A DNA stretch of 49,158 nt from assembly GCA_001938485.1 (NCBI GenBank), contig MQRK01214000.1, positions 1-49,158 of the forward strand, in the 5' to 3' direction. This document shows, piece after piece, positions 10,872 through 22,935 of this stretch (within the stretch, counting starts at the first letter, position 1; every line of letters starts with the position of its first letter). The position numbers and the translations under genes are program-made. The stretch is from Girardia tigrina. Lineage: Eukaryota. The notes below the pieces were generated by a model. It worked only from the letters and a program-made list of their open reading frames with translations, made no database searches and was not told the DNA's origin.

Positions 10872-12857
10872 TTAAAATTTATCAATTTCATCAATATTTA
10901 AAAAGAATCTGTTATTTTTAAAGCTTTCATTTGATGTTGTAATTTGTTGAGAAGCATTATCAGTATTAGAATTCAAAAGAGATTGAAAAGAATTTTGGCT
11001 TTTATTGAATCCGCGGAACGGTTTTATTAGAGGAGTACTTTTGGCACATCTTTCATCACTTAAATTGAGCACAGATTCGCGATTTAAAGCTTCCAGATTT
11101 TCCATGTTACTTTGACATTGGAAAACCTTTAAAAGACCAGAATGAGAAACATCTCTTTCTAGAGTATCGGAATTCATGAGCCATTTTTTCAGATATTTGT
11201 TATTTATAATTCTGTATTTATTTTCCCATTTGAATCTTAACGAACTTGATGCAATGATTGCTTTCATGCCCTCTTTTGTTCTATCACATATTTTATCTTG
11301 CAGTCTTATGAACACTGATTTTTCGTCATAATTTTCAATTGGAATCTTTAGAAAATTAACGAGAGGTTTGATCGAAGCTCCCAGTACATAAACAGAGAAA
11401 AACACCATAATTGCAGTGGAACTCTGATAGAAATAGCGATTTTCAAATGTTTCATCAAGAGTAAGCACCAGCGCAAATCCGATCGCACCTCTCAAACCAC
11501 CATGAGCTTGGATAAGAAGAGTCTTCTTGTAATCTAACTTTTCTACTCGACATAAATTAATAATTACTCCAAGAAAATAAACCACGACAAATCGAGAGAG
11601 ATAGCATGATATTATAAGGAACAAGGAGAATTTAACATCGGTATTTTTCAACAAACCAGTTGGTGCGAATGAAGTTAGTCCCATCATAATAAAAATTATT
11701 CCTTCAGACAAGAGGCTTAATTGGGACAGGACTTGAGAAACTATTGTATTACTGGTGTATGATAAATTTGCTTGGACATATTGTCTTTGGATGAGAACAC
11801 AAAAAAACAAACTAATAATCCCTGATCCTTTTATCAAATCTCCTAAGATATACGTCAAATAATTCAAAGAAAACACTACGACGAATTCCATCGGTTGTTG
11901 AGTATAAAATATCTTACTAACCAAACTAATCACTATTGCCATTGAAAATGCTAGGACAATTGACACGGTAAAAGCATATAGAAAGTAAAGAACAATTACG
12001 GTAATACTCTCAACAAATTTTATATCTTGTATGGTCTTCATTTCATTTAACGCCTGATAAAATACAATCGCAACTCCATCATTAAGCAAAGATTCTCCAA
12101 AGACAATATTATAAACGAGCTTATCAATATGCATGGATTCAAAAACAGATAAAACGGCAACAGGATCCACTGCACAAATAAGTGTTGCGTATAATCCAGA
12201 ATCGATCAAATCAAAATCTAATGAATCGAAAATACCCCAACGAGATTTGCTACCATAATAAAACAGGGGTGCCAAAATTACTGCATTTAGAATAGTACCT
12301 ATCACAGCAAAGAAGAGAATTGTACCAAGATTTCCATAAAACGTTAATTTATCAGTAGACCAAGCTGCCCCCATCACTATTGGTACTAACAAAACATTGA
12401 ATATAAAATTAGGATTTAATGAACCTTCTAGGTTCACACCTAACTTTAGAAGAATAAGCGCCGGAATAATACCGGCTGTCACCAAAAACGCACTCTCTGG
12501 TAAAATATTTCCAGCTGATGTTCGATGTCTTGTGCACTTTTTTAACTGTTGAAGGTTTTCGGAACAAATGGAATCACAGTTTTGACGACAAATGAAAATA
12601 CAATAATTGAATTTCTTTTCCGAAGCATATTTCACCGAGACGAACAAAATGACAAATAATATACCAACCAAATAAATTTTGTGAGATTCACTTTCAAAAT
12701 TAATGAATGGATTATAAACGGTTCCTGGAGGAAGAGGTTGGGAAATACTTTCCGACTGATTGAAAGACACTGTTTTTTCATTGTTGGAAATCGGATTTGA
12801 TATGACGACTGAGAAGGAAACGAGGAAAATATATAATATTTTTCCTGAGAATCCCAT
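10872..12857 (-). CDS. Sodium/hydrogen exchanger (SLC9A/NHE family, CPA1), single exon, 661 aa
   Basis: Signal-like N-terminus, many TM segments, motifs LPES, NLGTILFFAVIGT, AVDPVAVLSVFE, VFGESLLNDGVAIVFY and GGLRGAIGFAL, hydrophilic C-tail. Paralog identity cannot be assigned. Confidence 0.96.
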   Translation of the reverse strand: MGFSGKILYIFLVSFSVVISNPISNNEKTVSFNQSESISQPLPPGTVYNPFINFESESHKIYLVGILFVILFVSVKYASEKKFNYCIFICRQNCDSICSENLQQLKKCTRHRTSAGNILPESAFLVTAGIIPALILLKLGVNLEGSLNPNFIFNVLLVPIVMGAAWSTDKLTFYGNLGTILFFAVIGTILNAVILAPLFYYGSKSRWGIFDSLDFDLIDSGLYATLICAVDPVAVLSVFESMHIDKLVYNIVFGESLLNDGVAIVFYQALNEMKTIQDIKFVESITVIVLYFLYAFTVSIVLAFSMAIVISLVSKIFYTQQPMEFVVVFSLNYLTYILGDLIKGSGIISLFFCVLIQRQYVQANLSYTSNTIVSQVLSQLSLLSEGIIFIMMGLTSFAPTGLLKNTDVKFSLFLIISCYLSRFVVVYFLGVIINLCRVEKLDYKKTLLIQAHGGLRGAIGFALVLTLDETFENRYFYQSSTAIMVFFSVYVLGASIKPLVNFLKIPIENYDEKSVFIRLQDKICDRTKEGMKAIIASSSLRFKWENKYRIINNKYLKKWLMNSDTLERDVSHSGLLKVFQCQSNMENLEALNRESVLNLSDERCAKSTPLIKPFRGFNKSQNSFQSLLNSNTDNASQQITTSNESFKNNRFFLNIDEIDKF

Positions 12858-14572
12858 ACATATATATTTTGTCTTACAAAATATTTTAAAATAATGAAAA
12901 AACCTCTTCTAAAAATATCCAAAATAATGCCGGTCCGGGAATTTGATTTTTTAGATAATTTTGTTCATATTTTCTATTAAAAAAATCCGAATATAAACTG
13001 ATTTATAATAATAAATTAAATGTCTTTTATTTTGGATATTTTCTATTCGATGATGTAATTTATTAATTTAGTAAAAAATGTAAATATTTATCCCATTTTT
13101 CCTAATTATATCAATGGGATTTTCGTTCGTGTTTTTTGTGTGTTTTATCATTTTTTTTTATTTCTATGTTTGTAAAAACAAAATATAATATTTCGGTTTG
13201 TATAAAAAAATGTAATAAATTATTCAGATTTGACGAAACCTTAACAAATATTTGATAGTATTTGATAGTACAACAGAAAAAAAATTTAATCAAGATTTTT
13301 CAAAAAAAAAGTTAAAATAATTAATAGAATTTTATTTTTAAATTTAAATATTATTTCTTATATTTTTTAATATTTTTCGAAACATCTAAGCTAATCAAAT
13401 ATTGGAAGAATATTGAGGGGGGTCAAGAAATGAGCAGATGGATTTTAGTAATATATAATAAAGCTTTTAAATAAATTAAAAAAAATAATTAAGGTTAGTC
13501 GTAATAAATGATGTAGTAATTTTAAAATTGCGACAGATTATTTTGAACTAAAATAATAAGTAAAAGTATGTCTATCTGAAGTTTTATAAATGTACAAAAA
13601 AATCGAATTTCCAGAAATTAATATTTTTTAGTTAGTTTTATAATCTAGAATTAAAATGATAAATTTGAAGAAGTTAATAAAATGTATTGGACGCTAATTG
13701 TATTATTAATATAATAATAATAATTATTATTATTGTTATTAATAATAATAATATTATTTTTATTATTTTAAATTATAATCTTATAAAAAATGAAATAAAG
13801 CTAATCTTACAGCATCAATTAAAAAATCTTTTATAGATTTATGAGTATCATATGTAAAGATCAGTAACAATAGTAGTATGTACATTTTGTATTGGAATGC
13901 AGATAATAGGCACAAAGTTAAGATAAAATTTCAGCAAATAATAATGTAACCCGAATTCTAGATTTAAAATTGTGGATTGATTTGAAACATGTAAAACAAA
14001 ATTTATTTTTACCGGAAATTTTGTATGTAGAAATATGTGCTGTAGATCCGTATATTGAAAAACTTTGTTTTTTAAAGACCGATTTTTGATAACCAAAGAA
14101 ACATTAAATCTTCGTGACAACACAAATTTATACAAAGAATGTTCATCTAGACAAGACGCCTCGGAGACAGAGAGGGGGTTGTTTTTATATGTACCCCAAA
14201 GAAAACTACCATAATAGTTATAATACTAAGTGTTTTTTTATTTTATTTTTTTTTCAAATTTTTTTAAGAAATACATAAAACTATAGTTTCGGAAAATCCG
14301 GAAGAACATAATTTTAAATAAAAATAGTTTTATATGCTGTAAAATACAGTATGTGAGAAGTGGTTGTAACATCAATATTAGAATTAATTTTTAACTCAAA
14401 ATTTATTTATTATTATTAGGTTCGTGATTAAAATTGGAAGTCATAATTTTGTAAACTTTATTTCTACTACAATTTTCATTATTGAAACAAATTTATGAGG
14501 AACAATATTTCATAATCCAGATCTAAAAATTTTAAATATAAATAATAATATCGATGTATAAATATATATATA

Positions 14573-15137
14573 CTAGTAAATCACCCGTCATGTATGACGG
14601 GTATAATTTATATTGAGTTAAATCTCAAATAAATTTTCAAGACGTATAATTCATATAACAGCCAAAATATTCAGTGTTTTTTTTATATTAAATTAATGTA
14701 AATTATTGAAAAAACTCAATCTAGAATGAAAAAACTTTGCTTTAAACATAAATAAGTTTAAATTTTTAATAAAAAAAATAACACGAACTTACCGTAACAA
14801 AATTCTGAATTGATTTGAAGTGAAATTGCACAAATAAAAAACAAAAAATCAAGTTCAACTTTGATTTACTCATACTAATGTAATTTTAATTCCTCAATAA
14901 AGGAGAAAACTCTTCACACTATGAGAAAATATTTCTTCACTAACACTACATTAAAGAATTGAATAAATTTTTACTGTCTGTTAAGAGAAGACGAAATACA
15001 ATTTAAAATTCATTTTTTCCATATGAATTTTATTATTAATTTAATTATCTACTTACAATTGTAAGTAAATAATATAAGCGTTCCTCACAGAATCAGTCAG
15101 TCAGTCAGTCACGGATCAAGAAAAATATATATATATA
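14573..15137 (-). mobile_element. Non-autonomous Helitron (Lep1-like architecture)
   Basis: 3' end: perfect 9-bp hairpin ACCCGTCAT/ATGACGGGT (14583-14602) then CTAG|T. Other end: (CAGT)4 microsatellite at ~15093-15111 beside a TA run. Confidence 0.7.
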
Positions 15138-15139
15138 TC

Positions 15140-15320
15140 TTTGTTATTTTCTTCAATTTTGCATAAATCTTATTTTGTTTCTGTTTTATTAATTTTTTTA
15201 CAATGTTTATAAATTTAGATCTTTAGAAATATTTTAATGGACATATCCTGTAAAAAATTAAATTCCTAAATAATTTTCTTTAATTTTAAATCATTCCATT
15301 TTAAATTATTTTTTAATAAA
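15140..15320 (+). repeat. Outer left arm of inverted duplication (pairs with 30258-30446)
   Basis: tgttattttcttcaattttgcataaatcttattttgtt...aaatattttaatggacatatcctgtaaaaaattaaattcctaaataa... is the diverged reverse complement of 30258-30446. Confidence 0.8.
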
Positions 15321-15496
15321 ACTTTCCGTATACAATAAACATTCTAATTTTATTTTAAATAGTGTTACAAAATATATCAAAATCTTCTTTACAATATTCT
15401 TTAACTTCGAAGATGATATTTCAATTGTGAATTTTTAAAACTTAATTTTTATAAAAATTTGTCTCAATATAATTAAAATATTATCATTACTCTAAA

Positions 15497-15715
15497 ATTT
15501 TTACAAAACTTATTTCATTTTAATTAGTGATATACTATCTGTGAAATATAATTTTTACAAAACTTATTTGAATTTAATTGGTAGAAATATTACCTATAAA
15601 ATATATATTTTATAAAATCTTATTTATTTTAATTAGTAAAAAATATTATCTATAAACTTAAATTTTTTATTTAAAAAATTATTTCATTTTAATTAGTCGA
15701 ACATTATTTTTAATT
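15497..15715. repeat. Degenerate ~55-bp AT-rich tandem repeat, about 4 copies
   Basis: Recurring atttttacaaaacttatttcattttaattagt...tattatct units. Confidence 0.6.
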
Positions 15716-16831
15716 TATCTAAAATATAAATATGATTTTAATTTGAAAATATCAAAAATTTAATGTTCACCAAAAGGAACCCCAGCAATTATAAAACAAT
15801 TTTCAAACAAATTGTTCAATTATTTCTTTAATTCATAATTAATCCGCCGATCTCTATTTTCAAATAATTTTTAAATTATCTCAAATTGCAATCAAAATAA
15901 TATTTAATGTTAAAACATATTTATGAAAATTAATAATTCACGTATATTTAGTTTTTTATGGAAATATTTATTTTTTTAATTTGTTGTTTATTTTAACCTT
16001 TTATAATGTTTTTAAAATTTTGTTTTTTAAATGAAATATTATATTCTGTTTTCTTTTAATTTAGCATTTTTTTATAAAAAATACATGTAATTTATTTTTA
16101 GTATTTTTAAATTTTTTGAAAATACTTTTTATTTAATATTCAATTGATTATGTTTAAAATATTTACTTTTTAATTTTATCCTTAATTTATTTTAAAAATT
16201 TTAATAAAATTCAAATAAAATGATTATTTTTTAAAATACTGTTCTATCTGTTTTCTGTTTTAATCCATCCATTTTTTACTAAAATAATATTTGTAAAATA
16301 ATATTGAATTATATTTCAAAATCTCAAATAATATTCTAATATTTCAAAATAATATTTTATACAGAATATTTTCAAATTCAAAGTTAAAATACTTATTTAT
16401 CATTTAATTTTTAAAATTTTCAGTTTGATTTCAATTCAAAACAATTTTTAAAACCATTTAAATTTTGATCAGCGAACTTAATTAATTACCTCCTCATACA
16501 GTAATTGTCTAAAAATTTTACTACAATAATTTGAATTAGTTTTATTCAAATTTTAGTTTTTTGAAAATGTTTTTATTTTAAATTAATATATTAATTAAAA
16601 AATAAGATAAATAAATATTTTAATTTTCTGAGAAATTATTTGGATCACTCTTATTAATTTTACCGACAAATATTATTTACATATAAATACATCATTATGT
16701 AAATTAAATGAAAAATATAATTTTATCCAATCAATTTCTATTTAAATAAAAAATATTTTATAAATTTTTCCATTTACTTGATTTATTAATATTATTTCAT
16801 AAACAACATTTTATTAATAATTTAATCAAAA

Positions 16832-17845
16832 ATGACAAACTCTATTTCTAGCAAGTCAGAATATATGGACACAACGTCCAACAATAAATCCATTTCTGAA
16901 GACTCTTTAACTAAACGATACCTTAACATATTTTACCAAAACAATTATTCCAGCAATTATAATTCTTTATCAAAAAATAATATGACGATGTATTCAACCA
17001 CAACCAACAATAACATAAATCAACAATGTTTTTTGAACAGTTCTCAAAACAATCAAAATTATCCTTCAGATTATCAATGCCGACCAAAAGGAAGACCGAA
17101 AAGAAACATTGATCTTAATAAAACTAAAAAAAGAGAAACTGGTCGTAAAAGAGGACGTCCAAGAACTTGTATACCGAAAAAAGACTTTCCACATACGAAT
17201 GAAGAAATACTCGAATTTGTTAAGAAACTATCTGAATATACGGACGAAATGATAAAGAAAAAAGAAAATTCTAAAGAATCATTTTCTGAAGCTCCTCAAA
17301 ATACATTACATCAAGAAAATGAAGAAATACTCGAATTTGTTAAGAAACTCTCTGAATATACGGACGTAACGATAAATAAAAAAGAAAGTTCTAAAGAATC
17401 TTTTTCTGAAGCTCCTCAAAATACATTACATCAAGAAAATAATATAACAATAAATAAAAAAGAAAATTTTAAAGAATCTTTTTCTGAAGTTCCTCAAAAT
17501 ACATTACATCAAGAAAATAATTTAAACAATAGTATAACTAATATTATAAAAGAGCCTGAAATTATTTTAAGTAATAATGAAGACAAATGTGACAACAATT
17601 TAGAAGATTCATCTAGTAAAGAAATTTGTTCTAAAGAAAATAATGACTCTCAAATTTCTTTTGACGACCTCCAAAACTTGTATTCTCAATTGTTTTCTCA
17701 TCATTCGAAAAATGACTCTAATTTCCTGTTAGAATTTCAAAGCAATCCAAAAAGAAGACCAAAAAAATCTGTTGATCCAAATAATTCTCAAAAAAAAGTT
17801 CCTCGTTGCGGACGTCCAAAAAAGTACCAAATGAATAAAAATTAA
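16832..17845 (+). CDS. Orphan multi-AT-hook protein with internal tandem repeats, copy A (337 aa)
   Basis: Intact single-exon ORF. AT-hook-like PKGRPKR, KRGRPR, PKRRPKK and RCGRPKK. Repeat array of 40+40+26 aa at 17198-17515. Conserved paralog at 28585-29604. Confidence 0.85.
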   Translation: MTNSISSKSEYMDTTSNNKSISEDSLTKRYLNIFYQNNYSSNYNSLSKNNMTMYSTTTNNNINQQCFLNSSQNNQNYPSDYQCRPKGRPKRNIDLNKTKKRETGRKRGRPRTCIPKKDFPHTNEEILEFVKKLSEYTDEMIKKKENSKESFSEAPQNTLHQENEEILEFVKKLSEYTDVTINKKESSKESFSEAPQNTLHQENNITINKKENFKESFSEVPQNTLHQENNLNNSITNIIKEPEIILSNNEDKCDNNLEDSSSKEICSKENNDSQISFDDLQNLYSQLFSHHSKNDSNFLLEFQSNPKRRPKKSVDPNNSQKKVPRCGRPKKYQMNKN

Positions 17846-19739
17846 TAAACCCAAAATCCCAAAAAAATATAGTTATTAAAAATAAAATGTACTTGCAAAA
17901 ATATTATTTTTATATAACATTTATAAAATTTATTTGATAGCAAATAAAATATTATTATTCATATAAAATATGTATTACTTTATGATTTAGAGGCGTAAAT
18001 ACAAATTCATTTTTTTGCCAAGAATTTTTAATATTATATTTATTATTGAAAAAATTTAAAAAACTAAAAAAAACAACTGATTTTTTTGTTAAAAAATAAA
18101 CAAAAATATTAAAATCTTTAAAAAAAAAGAAAAAAACTTTTTGAGAGCTCTATATTTAGTACAAAATAAAAAGAAATAATAAAAAAATAAGTAATTAATT
18201 AGAAAAATATTTATTAAAAACATTTTCTATTATTTCAACAAAATTATTGAAAGAAATTTTAAATATTTATTTAATGTTGTGAAGAATATTTTTTATTTAT
18301 GAACGCTTGTAATATTATTATATAAATTTGGAATTGTGATTCTTCTACCAATTGGGAAATTGTTATTTTATTGAACTGACCAAATACGATTTGTATTATT
18401 TAAAGTTAAGAAAGTAATTAATTAATTAACCCGATAAAATTTTAACTATTACAAAATAAAGATTAAAATTAAAATTTTAAATCTAAATAATACTAAAACT
18501 GATTTCGTTAGGGTTCCGAAAAAATACATGTGAACACTTTTGATAAAATTTTATAAAGGAAAATTTTTAAATAATTCTTTTAGTAAAATTATTAATTTCA
18601 AACAAAATAATATTTAGTTTAACAANNNNNNNNNNNNNNNNNNNNNNNNNNNNNNNNNNNNNNNNNNNNNNNNNNNNNNNNNNNNNNNNNNNNNNNNNNN
18701 NNNNNNNNNNNNNNNNNNNNNNNNNNNNNNNNNNNNNNNNNNNNNNNNNNNNNNNNNNNNNNNNNNNNNNNNNNNNNNNNNNNNNNNNNNNNNNNNNNNN
18801 NNNNNNNGAGTTATTATTAATATTTACTTTACACTTTTCAAACTTGAACAAAACCTGTAGTATCCTCTATTGGAAAACAAGGTTTATAGAAGAGTTCTAA
18901 GTTTAAATCAAAGCATCGTTCGTTTTAGGAGATTCACAGTTTTTACTGTAATCTGTTAACTCGCACGAAATATTGATTGTATTTGTATTCTGTCATTAAA
19001 GAATTGAATTATTATTATTATTTGTGACTTGTTGATATTTGTTATTNNNNNNNNNNNNNNNNNNNNNNNNNNNNNNNNNNNNNNNNNNNNNNNNNNNNNN
19101 NNNNNNNNNNNNNNNNNNNNNNNNNNNNNNNNNNNNNNNNNNNNNNNNNNNNNNNNNNNNNNNNNNNNNNNNNNNNNNNNNNNNNNNNNNNNNNNNNNNN
19201 NNNNNTTGATTAAGGAATTAAGAAAAGAGATTTACGATTAAAGATAAAGATTTAAGATTTGTGTTTTTAAAAGTGAATAATTGAATTAAAGATAAATTTT
19301 AATAATTTAAAAACCCAACAATTTTAAATATATTTCATTTATTTTAATAAAATAAATTTATATTGTTAAGATTTTTTAATTTTTTTGAATTTTTGAATTA
19401 AAATTTGTAGAATAAATTTTTAAAATGTAATAAATTGTAATTCTATTCATTTTGAATTTAATATGAGACATTTATATCTGATAAGATGTTTTCAAAATGA
19501 GTTTAACAATGTACAGTTTATTCAATCGATTTTTCGACAAAAGATCCATGAGATATTAATCAATTTTTATATCGAGTTAAAAAGGAAGATATGATTTATT
19601 TTGGGAAAGTCAAATTTGAAGTTTATAGAAATTTTCTTTATCTAATGAATTATGTGGTAACAATGAGAGTGAACAATAGGTTGATGGCATTTTTTTAATT
19701 TGTTTGGATCACATTATAAAAGGTGAATTTTTGTGTATA

Positions 19740-20915
19740 CATTGCCCCCCCCCAAGTAAACCTCGGCTGGATGTATGGATCCCAAAATTTTTTTATTTGT
19801 TGGCGTTTTGTAAACCTGATATTATTATTAAAACACGGCAATAATATAATTTTTATGTATTGTTATAATTTAAAAACTGCAATATAAAATAATTTTATGT
19901 TTTAAGAAAAATTTATGGTTCATTTATTTTTATTCTGGTTGAGGTTTAGTTTTCACCCCTGAATGTTTTTAGTTACCGTAATTTGTAAATTATAGAGGAT
20001 AAAAATACTTCTTATAGTAAAGTTTCCTTTCAAATCTTATTCCTAATGAAAGAAACATAAAATAGAAAATAAAAATTAAAATTGAAAATACACGGTATTT
20101 TTTTAAATTTTAAATTTGAAGTTACTATAAAAAAATTATAATTTATGCATAAAAATTTGAAATTAATTAATTTTTTAAATTGGTGTATTTATAATAAATT
20201 TTAAATTTCTCAGTCAAATCTATCTCTATCTGCTTCTGCAATATTCGAGTAAGTAAGTTAGTTGATGACATTCATTTCATTTTTTGGTTTTTAAAATGTC
20301 AAAGCGAAAGCACACTTCATTTTCAATTGAGCAAAAGCTAGCCGTTATTGATCGCGTTGATGATGACGATGGTGGATTTGTGATTCCCGTTCCAACTCCT
20401 GCAGAAGCCATCAAAGGAATTGAAAAAGCAATCCTCTACTTTGAAAGTAAGCAGAATAATTTTGCTCAGCTTATCATGATGAAGAGACTTAATTCTGATA
20501 TCAAACTTCAAAATCAACCAAAACAGAAAAGAATCACAGCCTTTTTTCAAGTAAATAAATAATAGACTAAACACTAACTTAAAATGACTGTGATTAAATT
20601 TTACGACTTTATATTTAATTGGAATAAATAAGTTTATTGGAACCGTCTTTAGTTTTAATTAATTCGCAGAGTTAAATACATATGAACCATTTTATTATGA
20701 ACCACTTGTATTTAGATATTTTTTAAATAAGCGTTGAGTAATCTAACTGTCAGTAATCTAGCTGTCAAAAGTAATTTCTAACTGTCTTAAAATTTCATAT
20801 TTTACAAATACCCAATTTTATACTGCTACAAATGCTAACTTTCAGTAAACCGCAGTTATCTAAACCGCGGGTTAAATTAATGGCTCCCAGCAACCGCGGT
20901 TTACTGGGGGCACTG
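19740..20915 (+). mobile_element. pogo/Tigger-like internally deleted DNA transposon
   Basis: TA flanks. TIR ca(t/g)tgccccc..agtaaacc(t/g)cgg vs ccgcggtttactgggggcactg. Subterminal taaaccgc and gtaatctaactgtc repeats. Encloses the ORF at 20296-20562. Confidence 0.8.
20296..20562 (+). pseudogene. In-frame fusion of pogo transposase N-terminus (start of HTH_psq) and C-terminus, 88 aa
   Basis: MSKRKHTSFSIEQKLAVIDRVD is joined to DDDGG..PVPTPAEAIKGIEKAILYFE...KQKRITAFF, a typical Tigger C-terminal KQxxITxFF. DDE domain absent. Confidence 0.75.
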
Positions 20916-20999
20916 TATTTACCAAAAATGATAACAGTATTCAAAAAATGTATTCCATTAATCAAAAAATCAAAATTCAATTAAACTGACTTACCATTT

Positions 21000-22935
21000 T
21001 TCAACATCTTCCTGTCTTGCATAGATTTAGCCTATGTAGTATATTTACAGAAGTCATAGTTAATTTGAGTGCTGGCAAAAACGGGAAGAAAACTATATGA
21101 AGCAGAGATACTATCATGGGTGGAAGGTCGAAGGATCGAGAAAGAGCATTGCGGCATTGGATGAAAATCTTGATGAAATCGCGGACTTTGATGACGAACA
21201 CGAAGAAAGAGGTTAGACCCCAAACGCTCAGGCTCCATAAAGGCGAGAGGTGATGGGAGCCATCTGTTAAAATGTAAGAAATTTTTGGAACAATTTATTC
21301 GTAATTTAACTTATAATAATTGTAATAATAGTAATATTTTATTTGATAATTTTAATATTAATATTTATTTGAATGATAATTTTATTAATAATTTTTATTT
21401 GAATGAAAAAAGTAATAAGAATGATGATAATGTGAATAATCTTTTTCAAAAGAGAAACGAATTTAGTGAAAGTGAGCATAATAAAACATTTGTAAATGGG
21501 TTACTTAGATTGTACGATAATGGTACTAAGAGTAAAATTAAAAAGAATTATGTCATATCGACCCAATGAAAGCTAATTGCGAATATGACCGATTATGTAA
21601 TGTGTCTGGTAGTTGTATGTTATATGTTAAAAGTTCAAAAAATATAGGTGTATTGTTTAATAATAAAAAAATAACTGCGGAATATCTAGATTGTGTAATT
21701 TTAAAATAAAATATTACAAACTTGATGGACGACCCCGAAAGATAGTTAAGTGTAATGATTTGTATTTTTCTTGTTTACTGGATACGGGCGCGCGAATAAA
21801 TGTTATAGGAATAGAGGAAATTAATAGGTTAGGAATAATTCCGGAAAAATATAGTAATGAAAGTATTATTTGTGCAAATGGAAGTGCTTTAAGCATATTA
21901 GGAATTGTCTTTCTAAAGATAGAAATAGGGGAAATTTATAAGATAATAAAATTTTATATTGCTTAAAAAGTATCACCATCTGTTATATGTGATATGGAAT
22001 TTTTAAATGCTTTTAAAATTCATTTAAAAATAGAGAATGAACAACTAAATAATAAAGGATATAATTTTGATGATAGCAGTATCAGTGCTAAATTTGGATT
22101 GCAGATACCTAATAATAATAGGGTGAAAAATATTCTTGATTTATTGAAAATATAATTAGACTCTCTTTTATATGAAATAGTGAAGAAACATCTATATGTA
22201 TTTATGGTACATAAATGGAACGTGGGTTGTACAAAACTTTTGAAACATAAAATTATAACAAAAGATGATCCGATTTTAATGAAACCGAGAAGGCAACTAA
22301 CCAATTTAGAAGATAAAATTGAAGATCTGATAAAATTGATGCAATGGAAAATCTTAAAGACAAGGTCAAGGAAATAATAGAAACGTGTGAAGTATGTCAA
22401 AAAAGGAAAGTATTAACAACAAGAACAAAAGAAGTTATAAACAAACAGAAATGCGATTATCCATTCTAATCAATCTTTATAGATTTCTGTGGACCTTTAA
22501 AAGCCAATAAATATGGCAAAAAGTATAAATTAGGTATAATTAACCAATTTAGCAGATATATTTCAGTATCTGCAGTTGTTAAACAAGATGAAGAGACTAC
22601 ATCAAGAACTATTTTGAACAATTGGATATTGAAATTCGGTGTGCCAAGAATTATTTATGTTGATCGTGGAAAGACATTTGAATCGAAATTAATTAGAATC
22701 ATGTGTGAAAATTTTCATGTCAAATCAGAGTTTTCAAGTTCATACTACCATAATACAAATGGTGTAATTGAAAGACAATTTAGGACTATTCTGGATTATA
22801 TCAACACGACAAGTGAGACAGATAAAAGTAGGAATTGGGTCGATTTACTTCCAGAAATTGAATTTTGTTTAAATGCTACTGTGTAAAAATCATTACAAAT
22901 GAGTCCAGCAGAAATAATTTTCGGTTTTAAAATCA
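21000..22935 (+). mobile_element. Ty3/Gypsy remnant: Gag end, protease, RT start, integrase core (most of RT and RNase H deleted)
   Basis: Gag terminus PNAQAP*RREVMGAIC* (~21220-21270); LLDTGARINV; GCTKLLKHKIITKDDPILMKPRR; CEVCQKRK, IDFCGPL, KFGVPRIIYVDRGKTFES, YHNTNGVIERQFRT. Confidence 0.9.

Noticed and set aside
13848-14372. Possible spliced gene on the minus strand with 49- and 55-nt GT-AG segments
   Set aside because: Exon phases do not join into a consistent long ORF and no homology is recognisable.
17198-17515. Regular repeats as a CRISPR-like array
   Set aside because: In-frame coding tandem repeats without unique spacers, in a eukaryotic genome.
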